Shown here: piece after piece, positions 28,513 to 37,444 of the stretch
Position numbering within the stretch: the stretch's first letter is position 1
Layout: every line of letters begins with the position of its first letter
Assembly (NCBI GenBank): GCA_965140415.1
Contig: OZ223209.1
Coordinates: 32,001-96,000, forward strand
DNA length: 64,000 nucleotides
Source: Myxococcota bacterium
GTDB lineage: Bacteria > Myxococcota_A > SURF-8
Reading direction: 5' to 3'
Made by a program: the position numbers and the translations under genes
Notes under the pieces: generated by a model
The model's input: only the letters and a program-made list of their open reading frames with translations
Databases searched by the model: none
What the model was told of the DNA's origin: nothing

Positions 28513-29346
28513 ATGGATGCGCAACTGCTTGAACTCCTACCCGAATTCCTTTCCACGCTGGGGTTGGACGAATCCCCTATGGGGCTGTTTTACAGCGACA
28601 CGGAACCGGAAGATGCTTTCAGTCCCAAGCCGATGGAATTGCCGACCATTGAAAAAGAAGCCAAGAACGAAGTCGACTGGCAAAGTGTTTTCGGCGGTTT
28701 CTCCTGTAGCATCGGACATATCTGGCGCGCCCGCAAAAAGCAGGGAACGGCGTATTTCTCCGCCGAGCGCTATGGTTGTCCCGGCGCGGCGTTCTGGCTG
28801 GGATTCAACAAGCCGCAGGTAGAGACGATCATTCGTTATGTCTCCAGCGGCACGCCCGGCTACATGGAAGGCGAATTCTACTGCGAATCGCCCGACGCGC
28901 TACGCCGCATCTTCGAATACGTCGATCCGCGCCCCGCGCCCAAACCCTATTGCGTGATCAAACCCGTTACGCAATTTGCGGAAAACGAAACCCCGGAACT
29001 GGTACTGTTCTTCTGCCGTCCCGAGTCGCTTAGCGGACTGCATCAACTGGCCGCCTTCGTCACCAATGATCCGGAAGTGGTGATGTCGCCCTGGAGCGCG
29101 GGTTGTGGCAGCCTGGCGGCCTGGCCGCTGCATTACCTGGGAAAGGGAATGAACAAAGCCGTTGTGGGTGGTTGGGATCCTTCCGCTCGCAAATTCTTCA
29201 AAGCCGACGAGCTTTCCTTTGCCATGCCATTCGACATGTTCGCCTCGATGCTGCAACGCCATGGCGAATCCTTCCTCGGTACACACACCTGGGAAAAAAT
29301 TCACAAACGCATCGCACGCAGTAAGGCGGCATGGGGTGAGCAATAG
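28513..29346 (+). CDS. DUF169-family protein
   Basis: YGCPGAAFWLGF, PELVLFF, WSAGCGS, GGWDPSARKF..DELSFAMP. Confidence 0.75.
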   Translation: MDAQLLELLPEFLSTLGLDESPMGLFYSDTEPEDAFSPKPMELPTIEKEAKNEVDWQSVFGGFSCSIGHIWRARKKQGTAYFSAERYGCPGAAFWLGFNKPQVETIIRYVSSGTPGYMEGEFYCESPDALRRIFEYVDPRPAPKPYCVIKPVTQFAENETPELVLFFCRPESLSGLHQLAAFVTNDPEVVMSPWSAGCGSLAAWPLHYLGKGMNKAVVGGWDPSARKFFKADELSFAMPFDMFASMLQRHGESFLGTHTWEKIHKRIARSKAAWGEQ

Positions 29347-29426
29347 AGTAACGATTATCCCGAATGATCGTCACTATTCGTTGATTTGAACTACAGAATG
29401 TGGGTGCCCGGGTCTTCGATTTGGAC

Positions 29427-29513
29427 GGGTGGCATGGGCGAAGCGAAGAGAAACGATGCTTGCCCATGTGGATCTAGAACACGGGCAAACCTTGGGTTTA
29501 GCCCGCGCCACCC
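29427..29513. repeat. Nested palindromic REP-like element
   Basis: GGGTGGCATGGGC...TTGCCCATGTG...CACGGGCAA...GCCCGCGCCACCC. Confidence 0.6.
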
Positions 29514-29528
29514 TTTCGTCGTATGAAA

Positions 29529-29597
29529 GTATTTTTCGGCGGGCTCACGCCTCGCCGCTACAAAAGACATCACCGATCAGTAATATAAACTCCTCTA
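29529..29597. repeat. GTAG REP arm plus flank, inverted homolog of 17871-17940
   Basis: TTTTTCGGCGGGCTCACGCCTCGCCGCTACAAAAGACATCAC...AACTCCTCTA. Confidence 0.7.
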
Positions 29598-29718
29598 TCT
29601 ACCGAAAAACCGAATCGGCTTTTTCATTTTTTTTTGTGAAGCTTTGTCACAAAGCTGGCGACCTTTTGCAAAATTCTGTATACTTTTTCCCCATTTCAAC
29701 GAATGAAGGAACGGATCG

Positions 29719-30681
29719 ATGGACATTACCCAGCACCGCATCACTACCAGCGACGGATGGAAGCTCGTTCTCCAGCAACGTTACAACTCCAAAACACTGG
29801 ACAAGAACAAGCGCCCCCTGGTCATCGTGCCCGGCTACGGTATGAACGCCTTCATTTTCGGCTATCATCCCAACGGCATTTCCATGGAAGAGCACCTGGT
29901 GCAGCGCGGCTTCGAAGTCTGGTCGCTGAACTTGCGCGGCATGGGTGAGAGCAGCAGTCCCAACGGTAAACGCTGCTACGGTATGCGGGAACTGTCGCTG
30001 ATCGATCTGCCGGCCTGCGTCGATTACATCGTGGAAAACAATCGTGCCGGACAGGATAAAGTCGATCTCATCGGTTGCAGCCTGGGCGGCACCATGGTGT
30101 ATACCTATGCAAGCCTGCACGGAACCGAAAAGCTCGGCAGTATCGTGACGATGGGTGCGCCGCTTCGCTGGGTGAGCATCCACCCAGTGCTGAAATTCGC
30201 CTTCAGTTCCCCGACGTTGATCGGCATGATTCCCTTCGCGCATACCCGCACCCTGGCGCGTCATGCGCTGCCGGTAATGAAAAAGATTCCCGCGCTGCTG
30301 GCGATCTACCTGCACCCGGAAATCGTCGATTTAAGCCACCCGGAAATTCTGGCGCAGACGGTCGAAGATCCCAATCCGAAATTGAATCGCGAAATCGCGG
30401 TCTGGATCAAGCGGAAGGATCTGGTCATCGACGGCGTCAACGTGAGCGAGCGTTTCGGCCAGGTGGACAATCCACTCTTTCTGATGCTGGCCAACGCCGA
30501 CGGCATCGTGCCGCCCGATGTGGCGCTCTCCGCAGGCGAGTTGACCGGCTCACAGGACGTGCAAAGCATCACTGCGGGTGACGACAGTATCCAAATGGCG
30601 CACGCCGACATGTTCATTTCGGATTACGCCCAAGAGCTTGTGTTCGATCCCATGGCCGATTGGCTGGACGCGCACGAGTAG
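29719..30681 (+). CDS. Alpha/beta hydrolase (lipase/PhaC-like fold)
   Basis: Nucleophile elbow GCSLGG; DGIVPP; AHADMF. Confidence 0.8.
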   Translation: MDITQHRITTSDGWKLVLQQRYNSKTLDKNKRPLVIVPGYGMNAFIFGYHPNGISMEEHLVQRGFEVWSLNLRGMGESSSPNGKRCYGMRELSLIDLPACVDYIVENNRAGQDKVDLIGCSLGGTMVYTYASLHGTEKLGSIVTMGAPLRWVSIHPVLKFAFSSPTLIGMIPFAHTRTLARHALPVMKKIPALLAIYLHPEIVDLSHPEILAQTVEDPNPKLNREIAVWIKRKDLVIDGVNVSERFGQVDNPLFLMLANADGIVPPDVALSAGELTGSQDVQSITAGDDSIQMAHADMFISDYAQELVFDPMADWLDAHE

Positions 30682-30685
30682 GCTC

Positions 30686-31318
30686 TTACTTCACTTCCAG
30701 AATTTTTTGAACCTGCAAGGAAAGTCGCCAGGTGGGATGTTGCAGGCAGTAGTTCAACGCCGCCTGGGCGTGGCGATGCCCCTGACCATCGTCCAGCGGT
30801 TGCAGGTAGAAATAATTGAAATCCAAACCGACGTACTGCGCCGGGTCCAGCCCGATCGGATACAACAGTTTCAATTCGCTGCCGCTGCGCTGTTTCAACG
30901 CCGCATTCGGCTTGGGGCTGACCGTGATCCAGTCCAATCCATCGGGCGCGCGGCAGGTACCATTGGTTTCCACGCCCAATTCGAAACCGGCATCCTTGCA
31001 GGCGGCGATCAGCGCCGCATCCAGTTGCAATAGCGGCTCCCCACCGGTGAACACCAGGTAGGGTCTTCCCGAACCCACCGAAGGCCACAGCGAAATCAAC
31101 CGCTGCGCCAACTCATCGGCATCGGAGAACTCGCCCCCGCCTTCGCCGTCCACACCGACGAAATCCGTATCACAGTGCGGACAGGAGGAGTTGCCGCTGT
31201 CCTCGGCTTTGCCCGACCACAGGTTGCAACCGCTGAAACGGCAGAACACCGCCGCCCGGCCTACACGATGGCCTTCGCCCTGAATCGAATAGAAACTCTC
31301 CTTGATCCGATAACTCAT
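30686..31318 (-). CDS. queE: 7-carboxy-7-deazaguanine synthase, Cx14CxxC type
   Basis: FYSIQGEG, C-x14-[28 protein letters not shown]; adjacent to queC. Confidence 0.92.
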   Translation of the reverse strand: MSYRIKESFYSIQGEGHRVGRAAVFCRFSGCNLWSGKAEDSGNSSCPHCDTDFVGVDGEGGGEFSDADELAQRLISLWPSVGSGRPYLVFTGGEPLLQLDAALIAACKDAGFELGVETNGTCRAPDGLDWITVSPKPNAALKQRSGSELKLLYPIGLDPAQYVGLDFNYFYLQPLDDGQGHRHAQAALNYCLQHPTWRLSLQVQKILEVK

Positions 31319-32013
31319 GACTGCCTCGCATAGCGCGTCGGATCGTCCACCCCTGCCTGTAAAAAGCCCTGCTTGCGGATCAGGCAGCTATCGCAACGAC
31401 CGCAGGCCAGCCCTTCGGGAGTCGGATCGTAGCAGGAATGCGTCAGCCCGTAATCCAGCCCCAACTCGACTCCCTGCTGGATGATGCGCTGCTTTTGCCA
31501 GTCGATCAACGGTGTGTGCACCTGAAAGCCACGCTCGTCTTCACGGCCTGCGCGCGTGCCGAGATTGGCAGTCTGTTCGAAAGCGCGGATGAAGTCCGGG
31601 CGGCAATCCGGGTAGCCGCTGTAATCCACCGCCGTTACGCCAATGAACAGATCGAAAGCCCCCAGTACTTCCGCCCAGCCCAGCGCGAAGGAAAGAAAAA
31701 TCGTGTTGCGTGCCGGAACGTAGGTAATGGGAATATCGTTGGCGTTTTCGTTGTAGCTGTCTTTGGGAACCTCGATATCGGCTGTCAACGCCGAGCCGCC
31801 GAAACGGCGCAGGTCGAAACGAATCACGGCATGATCGACCGCACCCAGTTGCCTGGCGACGCGCTCGGCGGCCTGCAATTCCACCTGGTGGCGCTGGCCG
31901 TAGTCGAACGACAAGGCGTAGCAGGCGTATCCCTCATCGCGAGCGATGGCCAGAGCGGTGCTGCTGTCGATACCGCCGCTTAATAGAACGACGGCTTTAT
32001 CGGCTTGGGACAT
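31315..32013 (-). CDS. queC: 7-cyano-7-deazaguanine synthase
   Basis: [31 protein letters not shown]...CGRCDSC. Confidence 0.95.
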   Translation of the reverse strand: MSQADKAVVLLSGGIDSSTALAIARDEGYACYALSFDYGQRHQVELQAAERVARQLGAVDHAVIRFDLRRFGGSALTADIEVPKDSYNENANDIPITYVPARNTIFLSFALGWAEVLGAFDLFIGVTAVDYSGYPDCRPDFIRAFEQTANLGTRAGREDERGFQVHTPLIDWQKQRIIQQGVELGLDYGLTHSCYDPTPEGLACGRCDSCLIRKQGFLQAGVDDPTRYARQS

Positions 32014-32109
32014 CTCGTCCTCCTTTCAGCCCCACCTTACCCCGCGTCGCATGGAAGATCAAGAGCCGTGCGCTTTGTGGTATGGGGTATCCGATTCCCA
32101 CTTGCATTT

Positions 32110-32172
32110 GGATCGTGCGGGATTGCATCCCGCGCGTAACATTTCGGATCAAGATACAATCCTGATCCGTCG
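32110..32172 (-). repeat. Two-hairpin repeat B, empty copy (target of the IS4 elements elsewhere)
   Basis: Reverse complement CGACGGATCAGGATTGTATCTTGATCCGAAATGTTACGCGCGGGATGCAATCCCGCACGATCC matches the pre-insertion sites reconstructed at 39266/40658 and 48717/50110. Confidence 0.8.
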
Positions 32173-32235
32173 AAAAGCTCTCCACCACCAATCAAAAGCC
32201 CAAGGAAGATGTTTTCAATAATCGACATTAATTTA

Positions 32236-32264
32236 TTGACAAACAATAAAATCTTATTTACTAT
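32236..32264 (+). promoter_or_regulatory. Sigma70-like promoter with an overlapping inverted repeat
   Basis: TTGACA-17-TACTAT; TTTATTG-N5-CAATAAA spans the -35 element. Confidence 0.55.
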
Positions 32265-32311
32265 TGAGATGTGCTTGAGCTTTGAACATTGGAACATGAA
32301 CGGAGGATGTC

Positions 32312-32533
32312 ATGAAAAAACTATTGCCGTTTCTGCTGGCCGCCATTCTGGTTTTCCCGGCGTTCACCACTCAGAAAGCCCCTGCGTATAGGCAGGTAAA
32401 AATGGAGCGCCCTGCTCATCACTACGCCGCGCCCGGACCTCGTTACCAATACGACAAGCTCTGCCAGTACAATCCTGGTTGCCGCTTGTTCATGCAGAAC
32501 CGTGCCAAGGAAGTCTTGATGGCCGGTCAATAA
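32312..32533 (+). CDS. Small secreted peptide (73 aa)
   Basis: GGAGG upstream, MKKLLPFLLAAILVFPAF signal-like start, own promoter and terminator. Confidence 0.6.
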   Translation: MKKLLPFLLAAILVFPAFTTQKAPAYRQVKMERPAHHYAAPGPRYQYDKLCQYNPGCRLFMQNRAKEVLMAGQ

Positions 32534-32596
32534 TCCCCTTTAGCGGCAGACTTGGTGCATTGGCCTGCCGCGCCCGATTGTCTCCCTCCCCGTGTT

Positions 32597-32641
32597 GCGC
32601 CTGTAGAGCTCACAGACTCGTAGCTTTACAGGCGTTTTTTC
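32597..32641 (+). terminator. Intrinsic terminator
   Basis: GCGCCTGTAGAGCT...AGCTTTACAGGCGT followed by a T-run. Confidence 0.65.
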
Positions 32642-32670
32642 GTTTGTTCTACAAGTTTAGTCTCTTCTCT

Positions 32671-32697
32671 GTCATTCCGGGCTTGACCCGTAATCCA
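32671..32697. repeat. GTC-type REP-like hairpin
   Basis: GTCATTCCGGGCTTGACCCGTAATCCA. Confidence 0.55.
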
Positions 32698-32828
32698 TTG
32701 CACAAAACACAAACGGAACTGTCCGCCTGCTCTAACAATGACAAAAATTGACTCTTTCATGACTTGGATTGTATTATGTTGGCGTTGTCATAGCATATCG
32801 CTTTTCAGTAAAGGAAAAGGAGTGTCTT

Positions 32829-33794
32829 GTGAAACACCGGATATCCTGCCTTGTCCCAGTTGCGTTTCTCTTTGTTCTGCTGGCCGGTTTGGGTGGCTGC
32901 GATAACGAGCAATGCGCCAAGCTCAACGAAAGCTGTAAAATGCTGCCTTGCTGTTCGGGACTGATTACCCACCAAAAAACTCTAACGGTTACGGATGAAT
33001 ACGGGCACACAACCACATCGTCCAGTTGCACCTGTGTCGCTGAAATACCCGACTTCACCGACGGCGATATGGATGCCGACACGTCGGATGGAATCGTTTG
33101 CGATTATGCCAACGACAGCGCAGCAACAGGAGAACCCTGGTACGACTCGGCCTCCGATCTCGTCTGGCAAAATCCGCCTGCCGATAACAAAATGAATTGG
33201 GAGTGTGCAAAGGAATACTGTGCCAATCTGAACTTGGATGGTCACGACGATTGGCGCTTACCCACGATCGGTCAACTCCGCTCCCTGATTCGGGGTTGCT
33301 CTGAAACAAAGACGGGTGGAGATTGTACGATTCAGGATAACGGCTGCCTGTCGCTGTCCTGCCAGGAGAATTGTAACGGTTGCACTGGTAGCAATGGTCC
33401 CGCCGATGGCTGTTACTGGCCGGATGAGATGGAGGGTCCATGTGGTTCGTATAAGTCATCGTCCGCTATCGAAGACAAAGAGAACCGCGCGTGGAAAGTT
33501 CTCTTCAGCTACGCTCTCGTGGACTTGAATTACACAGACAGCGACGACTATGTCCGCTGTGTGAGAGACGGTGACATTCAGACAGACGGTGATATGGAAG
33601 TCAATCCTCCCGATGGGGATGAAGAAGTTGATATTCCAACAGACGGCGATTTGGAAGTCGATACTCCGACAGACGGCGATATGGATGTAGCGAGTAGGAT
33701 GGGCAATTGTTTTGCCCATCAATCCAATCGTTTTAATGTGATGGGCATGGCAAATGCCCATCCTACTATGATATTAAAAACAGAATCGAACTGA
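32829..33794 (+). CDS. DUF1566 (Lcl-like) domain lipoprotein with DGD linkers and a REP-derived C-terminus
   Basis: GTG start with AAGGAG; lipobox LGGC; LVWQ...W..AKEYCANL.LDGHDDWRLPTIGQLRSL...YVRCVR. Confidence 0.8.
   Translation: MKHRISCLVPVAFLFVLLAGLGGCDNEQCAKLNESCKMLPCCSGLITHQKTLTVTDEYGHTTTSSSCTCVAEIPDFTDGDMDADTSDGIVCDYANDSAATGEPWYDSASDLVWQNPPADNKMNWECAKEYCANLNLDGHDDWRLPTIGQLRSLIRGCSETKTGGDCTIQDNGCLSLSCQENCNGCTGSNGPADGCYWPDEMEGPCGSYKSSSAIEDKENRAWKVLFSYALVDLNYTDSDDYVRCVRDGDIQTDGDMEVNPPDGDEEVDIPTDGDLEVDTPTDGDMDVASRMGNCFAHQSNRFNVMGMANAHPTMILKTESN
33694..33766. repeat. GTAG REP doublet inside a CDS
   Basis: GTAGGATGGGCAA...TTGCCCATC...GATGGGCA...TGCCCATCCTAC. Confidence 0.8.
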
Positions 33795-33857
33795 CAGAAT
33801 ATGTCCTACCCCAATCGACTCCTTCGCGGAAAGTGCGATTAATCCGCCCGGCGCGTC

Positions 33858-33885
33858 TTGACAGCACGGACAATCCTGTTACACT
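33858..33885 (+). promoter_or_regulatory. Putative sigma70 promoter of ssb
   Basis: TTGACA-16-TACACT. Confidence 0.45.
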
Positions 33886-33921
33886 TCCAACGTTCATGAA
33901 ACCCCATCGGAGGATTAAGGG

Positions 33922-34347
33922 ATGAGCAGTGTAAACAAGGTCATCTTGATCGGAAATCTAGGACGCGACCCGGAACTTCGCTATACCGGATCGGGACAGG
34001 CTGTCTGCCAGTTTTCCATCGCGACCAGCGAAAGCTGGGGCCAGGGCGACGATCGCCAGGAACGTACCGAATGGCATCGCATCGTCGTTTGGGGACGACG
34101 CGGTGAAGTGGCTGCGGAATATATGAAAAAAGGCAGCAAAGTCTATATCGAAGGACGTTTGCAAACGCGCAAATGGCAGGATAAAAACGGTCAGGATCGC
34201 TACACGACGGAAGTCGTGGCGCGCGATTTCCAATTCCTGGATCGTCGCGAAGGCGGCGGTGGTGGTCGCTCCAGCAGCAACGAGCCACCCTTGCCCGAAG
34301 ATCCCTTTGGCGGCAATCAGTTGGACGACGACGACATTCCGTTCTAG
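33922..34347 (+). CDS. ssb: Single-stranded DNA-binding protein
   Basis: [34 protein letters not shown]-terminus DDDIPF. Confidence 0.97.
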   Translation: MSSVNKVILIGNLGRDPELRYTGSGQAVCQFSIATSESWGQGDDRQERTEWHRIVVWGRRGEVAAEYMKKGSKVYIEGRLQTRKWQDKNGQDRYTTEVVARDFQFLDRREGGGGGRSSSNEPPLPEDPFGGNQLDDDDIPF

Positions 34348-34380
34348 ATCGTTCTTAAACCGGAGCAGGGCGGCGGGTGT

Positions 34381-34779
34381 TTAGAAATCTCCGTCGGAGA
34401 GCACCCACTTGCCGTTGATGCGCTTCCAGGTCTGGTTGACCGGTTCCTTTTTCACCTCGAAAGAGGAGTTGTCGTATAATTCGCGAACGATTTTGACGGT
34501 GGCTTCGGTTTTATCCTCGTTCATCGTCACCGAGCGGATCTCGATATTGATGATGTTTTTCTTTTCGAGCGTCAGCTCCATATCGTCTAAGAAGTCCGGG
34601 CGTTTTTCCGTTTCGATATAGTCGGCGGCCTTCATGAGTTGTTTGAATTGCAGGCGGCTGTTATAGCCTTTCAGGGCTTTATCGAACAATTTCAACTGGT
34701 CCTGACCGGTTTTACAGCCGGAAAACGCAATCAAACTGGCGATCAGCAACAGAATAAACGCGGTAGATCGTAGGGTCAT
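34381..34779 (-). CDS. Small lipoprotein, possibly NTF2-like
   Basis: Lipobox FSGC; C-terminus QTWKRINGKWVL. Confidence 0.65.
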   Translation of the reverse strand: MTLRSTAFILLLIASLIAFSGCKTGQDQLKLFDKALKGYNSRLQFKQLMKAADYIETEKRPDFLDDMELTLEKKNIINIEIRSVTMNEDKTEATVKIVRELYDNSSFEVKKEPVNQTWKRINGKWVLSDGDF

Positions 34780-34847
34780 AGACGGCTCCCTTAAATTTCG
34801 AAATGAAAACTCAATAGTCGATAGGTTGTAGTGTAAGGAGTGACGGG

Positions 34848-35390
34848 TTGATGTCAATGGAAAACGTATTTCATCGTTGGTTCCGCTTGTTTTCGGGCAA
34901 TATGATTTTGCTCGTGCTGGTTTTATTGCTGGTAACGGCCTGTGGCTCGGACGGCGAAGAAATCGACGATACCGGCGATGTTCCGCCGACGGTGGAAACC
35001 ACCAGCGCGGCTGGGCTGGCGGAATGGCTTTTTTACGAAACCAAGCAGCAGGCTTTGACCTGCGCCAGCGATCTGTACTTCGGTGAAGAACGCATCGCCC
35101 TATATTTCAGCGACAACAAAATCTCCGGGCGCGCCTGTCAGGCGCTTGGCGACGACGCCGTGCTGCCCGAATTCGAACGCATGCTGGTCACTCCCAGTGT
35201 ATTCGGCTACTTCGAAATCGAAAACGAAGGCACCTATCCCGGCACTGCCACCAGCGGGCCGCTGCCCTACGTCGAAGGTACGGCGCATTCTTCCGACGGC
35301 GCGGTGAGTCTGCATTTCTCGCGTTTAGTCGAACACGACGGTCACTGGTATGTGCTGGTGCTGCGTTCCCACGTACAGGGATTGTACTGA
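34848..35390 (+). CDS. Hypothetical lipoprotein
   Basis: Lipobox VTAC-GSDG; start uncertain. Confidence 0.6.
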   Translation: MMSMENVFHRWFRLFSGNMILLVLVLLLVTACGSDGEEIDDTGDVPPTVETTSAAGLAEWLFYETKQQALTCASDLYFGEERIALYFSDNKISGRACQALGDDAVLPEFERMLVTPSVFGYFEIENEGTYPGTATSGPLPYVEGTAHSSDGAVSLHFSRLVEHDGHWYVLVLRSHVQGLY

Positions 35391-35453
35391 GGGAACTTTA
35401 AAATAGATCGAGTCTTTCGCTGACATTGTGAACCCGGACTGCGAGCCGATTCC

Positions 35454-36401
35454 ATGCAAGCCACTCCCGCACCAACACATTTCAATAGTTATAACAGTTA
35501 TTTGCGTATGCGCTTTGGCGGGCGTACCGTTAAGCTCTCTTTGGATCTGGGCATTCCCTGCCCGCATCGAAAGCAACAACCACCCGGCTGCCTATATTGC
35601 CGCCCGGGTGTGATCATGTCCGACCGCATCGGCGCGCTTGGATCGATTACCGATCAATTGAACGCCGGGGTTTTAGCCTGCGGCAAGCGCTACAAAACCG
35701 ATCTGTTTCTAGCGTATTTCCAGAACGAAACCAACACTGCCGGGCAGTTGTCCTGGCTATTGGATCGCTACAACGAAGCGTTTCTGCATCCCAAGGTAAA
35801 AGGGGTGATCATCTCCACACGTCCCGACCAGATACCCGAAAACCTGCTGGACATCCTGGCCGCTCGCTCCATGCGCAAACCCGTCTTTTTGGAATTCGGT
35901 CTGCAAAGCATCCACAACTGCACACTCGAACGCATCAATCGCGGGCATGATTACGCCTGCTTCGAAAAGGCCGTGATCCAGGCTCATCGGCGCAAACTGC
36001 CGGTCGCGGCGCACGTCATTCTGGGGCTGCCGGGCGAAACGCCGGAAATGATGCTCGCTACCTTCCGCAAGTTGGCGGAATTGCCACTGGATTCCATCAA
36101 GGTTCATCATTTGCAGATCTACAGGCAATCCCCCATGGAAGCGCCCTGGTACCAGGGAAAAATCAAACTCTTCGAGTCTTTCAACGACTATCTGCCGGTA
36201 CTGCTGGATTGCCTGGAGGTGCTGCCCTGGCGCATCAAAATTCAACGGCTGGTGGCCGATGCGCCGCGAGCCTACATCCTGGCTCCCAATTGGGACGAGA
36301 ACAAAAACGAGATCATCCGGCGTGTGGAAGAAGGTTTTAAGCAGCGCGGCACGAAGCAGGGCAGCAAAGCCGATCCGCGTTGCGCGCGTGTGGTGATTTA
36401 G
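35454..36401 (+). CDS. TIGR01212/YhcC-like radical SAM protein
   Basis: CPHR...GCLYC, AYFQNETNT, STRPD, EFGLQS, INRGH, HVILGLPGE. Confidence 0.85.
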   Translation: MQATPAPTHFNSYNSYLRMRFGGRTVKLSLDLGIPCPHRKQQPPGCLYCRPGVIMSDRIGALGSITDQLNAGVLACGKRYKTDLFLAYFQNETNTAGQLSWLLDRYNEAFLHPKVKGVIISTRPDQIPENLLDILAARSMRKPVFLEFGLQSIHNCTLERINRGHDYACFEKAVIQAHRRKLPVAAHVILGLPGETPEMMLATFRKLAELPLDSIKVHHLQIYRQSPMEAPWYQGKIKLFESFNDYLPVLLDCLEVLPWRIKIQRLVADAPRAYILAPNWDENKNEIIRRVEEGFKQRGTKQGSKADPRCARVVI

Positions 36402-36540
36402 ATCGCAGCAGGAGATAATGCATCGAAGCGGGGGGAGAATCTCCAATACGTGACGGCATGGGGATTATCTTAGCTGACCGGCATCAGCCTATCGTGTCAA
36501 TACGACCGGAATCGCTCCGGTTATTAAAGGAAGTAGTAAC

Positions 36541-37200
36541 ATGACAACGCGCTCCGTTCGTCAACAGACAGTGGGAGAGGAAATTGCCAACGCCATCACT
36601 CATGGCATCGGCACCGGACTGAGCGCTGCGGCACTGGTCATTCTGGTAACTCTGGCCGGGCTGCACGGCGACGTCTGGCGCATCGTCAGTTTCAGCATCT
36701 ACGGCGCAACGCTGGTCATTCTATATTTGATGTCTACGCTGTATCACAGTTTCACGAATCCCACGCTTAAAAGGATCTTCCATCTGCTGGATCATTCTGC
36801 CATTTTCCTATTGATTGCAGGAACCTATACACCATTCACCCTGGTTTCTTTGCGCGGCGGATGGGGCTGGACGCTCTTTGGCCTGATCTGGGCTTGTGCC
36901 ATCGCAGGGATCACTTTCAAAGTCTTTTTCCTTGATAAGCTGCGCGTGGTTTCCGTCTTCTTTTACGTCGGCATGGGCTGGCTGGCTCTGATTGCCATCG
37001 ACCCGCTTTTGGATGTCATTCCGTTTTCAGGTTTTATCTGGCTGGCGCTGGGGGGCTTGAGTTACACACTGGGTGTCGTGTTTTACCTTTGGAAGAAACT
37101 ACCTTACAGTCACACCATCTGGCATCTTTTCGTACTGGCAGGCAGCATCTTCCATTTCTTGTGCGTTTTGTGGTACGTGTTGCCGATGACCCCTGCTTGA
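36541..37200 (+). CDS. Hemolysin III (PAQR/TrhA) family membrane protein
   Basis: EEIANAITHGIG, STLYH, LDHSAIFLLIAGTYTP, HTIWHLFV. Confidence 0.92.
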   Translation: MTTRSVRQQTVGEEIANAITHGIGTGLSAAALVILVTLAGLHGDVWRIVSFSIYGATLVILYLMSTLYHSFTNPTLKRIFHLLDHSAIFLLIAGTYTPFTLVSLRGGWGWTLFGLIWACAIAGITFKVFFLDKLRVVSVFFYVGMGWLALIAIDPLLDVIPFSGFIWLALGGLSYTLGVVFYLWKKLPYSHTIWHLFVLAGSIFHFLCVLWYVLPMTPA

Positions 37201-37444
37201 GAAGCGGCATTCGAATATCCGATGGGATTTCCCAATAAGACTAGCCCGTACAGTTGCTTGTTGAACTAATCTTCGAACATAATTCATCATCATGAAGAGA
37301 TAACGGAAATTCGGTGTTGGGAGAGACTTTTTCAATTTCTTCGAAATCGGTTGCCTCTTTTCGCCGGTTCGCGGTACAATTACAGGTTGTAAAGCTTTGG
37401 CACTCGCCACATTTGTCATTGGATTCCGTAGAAAGGGAAGCAAG

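Noticed and set aside
30686-32013. queC/queE as a 7-deazaguanine DNA-modification (Dpd) or QatABCD-type defence system
   Set aside because: Both proteins are canonical in length and motifs, with no dpdA/tgt paralog, helicase or ATPase nearby; ordinary queuosine synthesis explains them.
32014-32110. preQ1 riboswitch upstream of queC
   Set aside because: No recognisable preQ1-I stem-loop with an A-rich tail; the nearby hairpins belong to repeat B.
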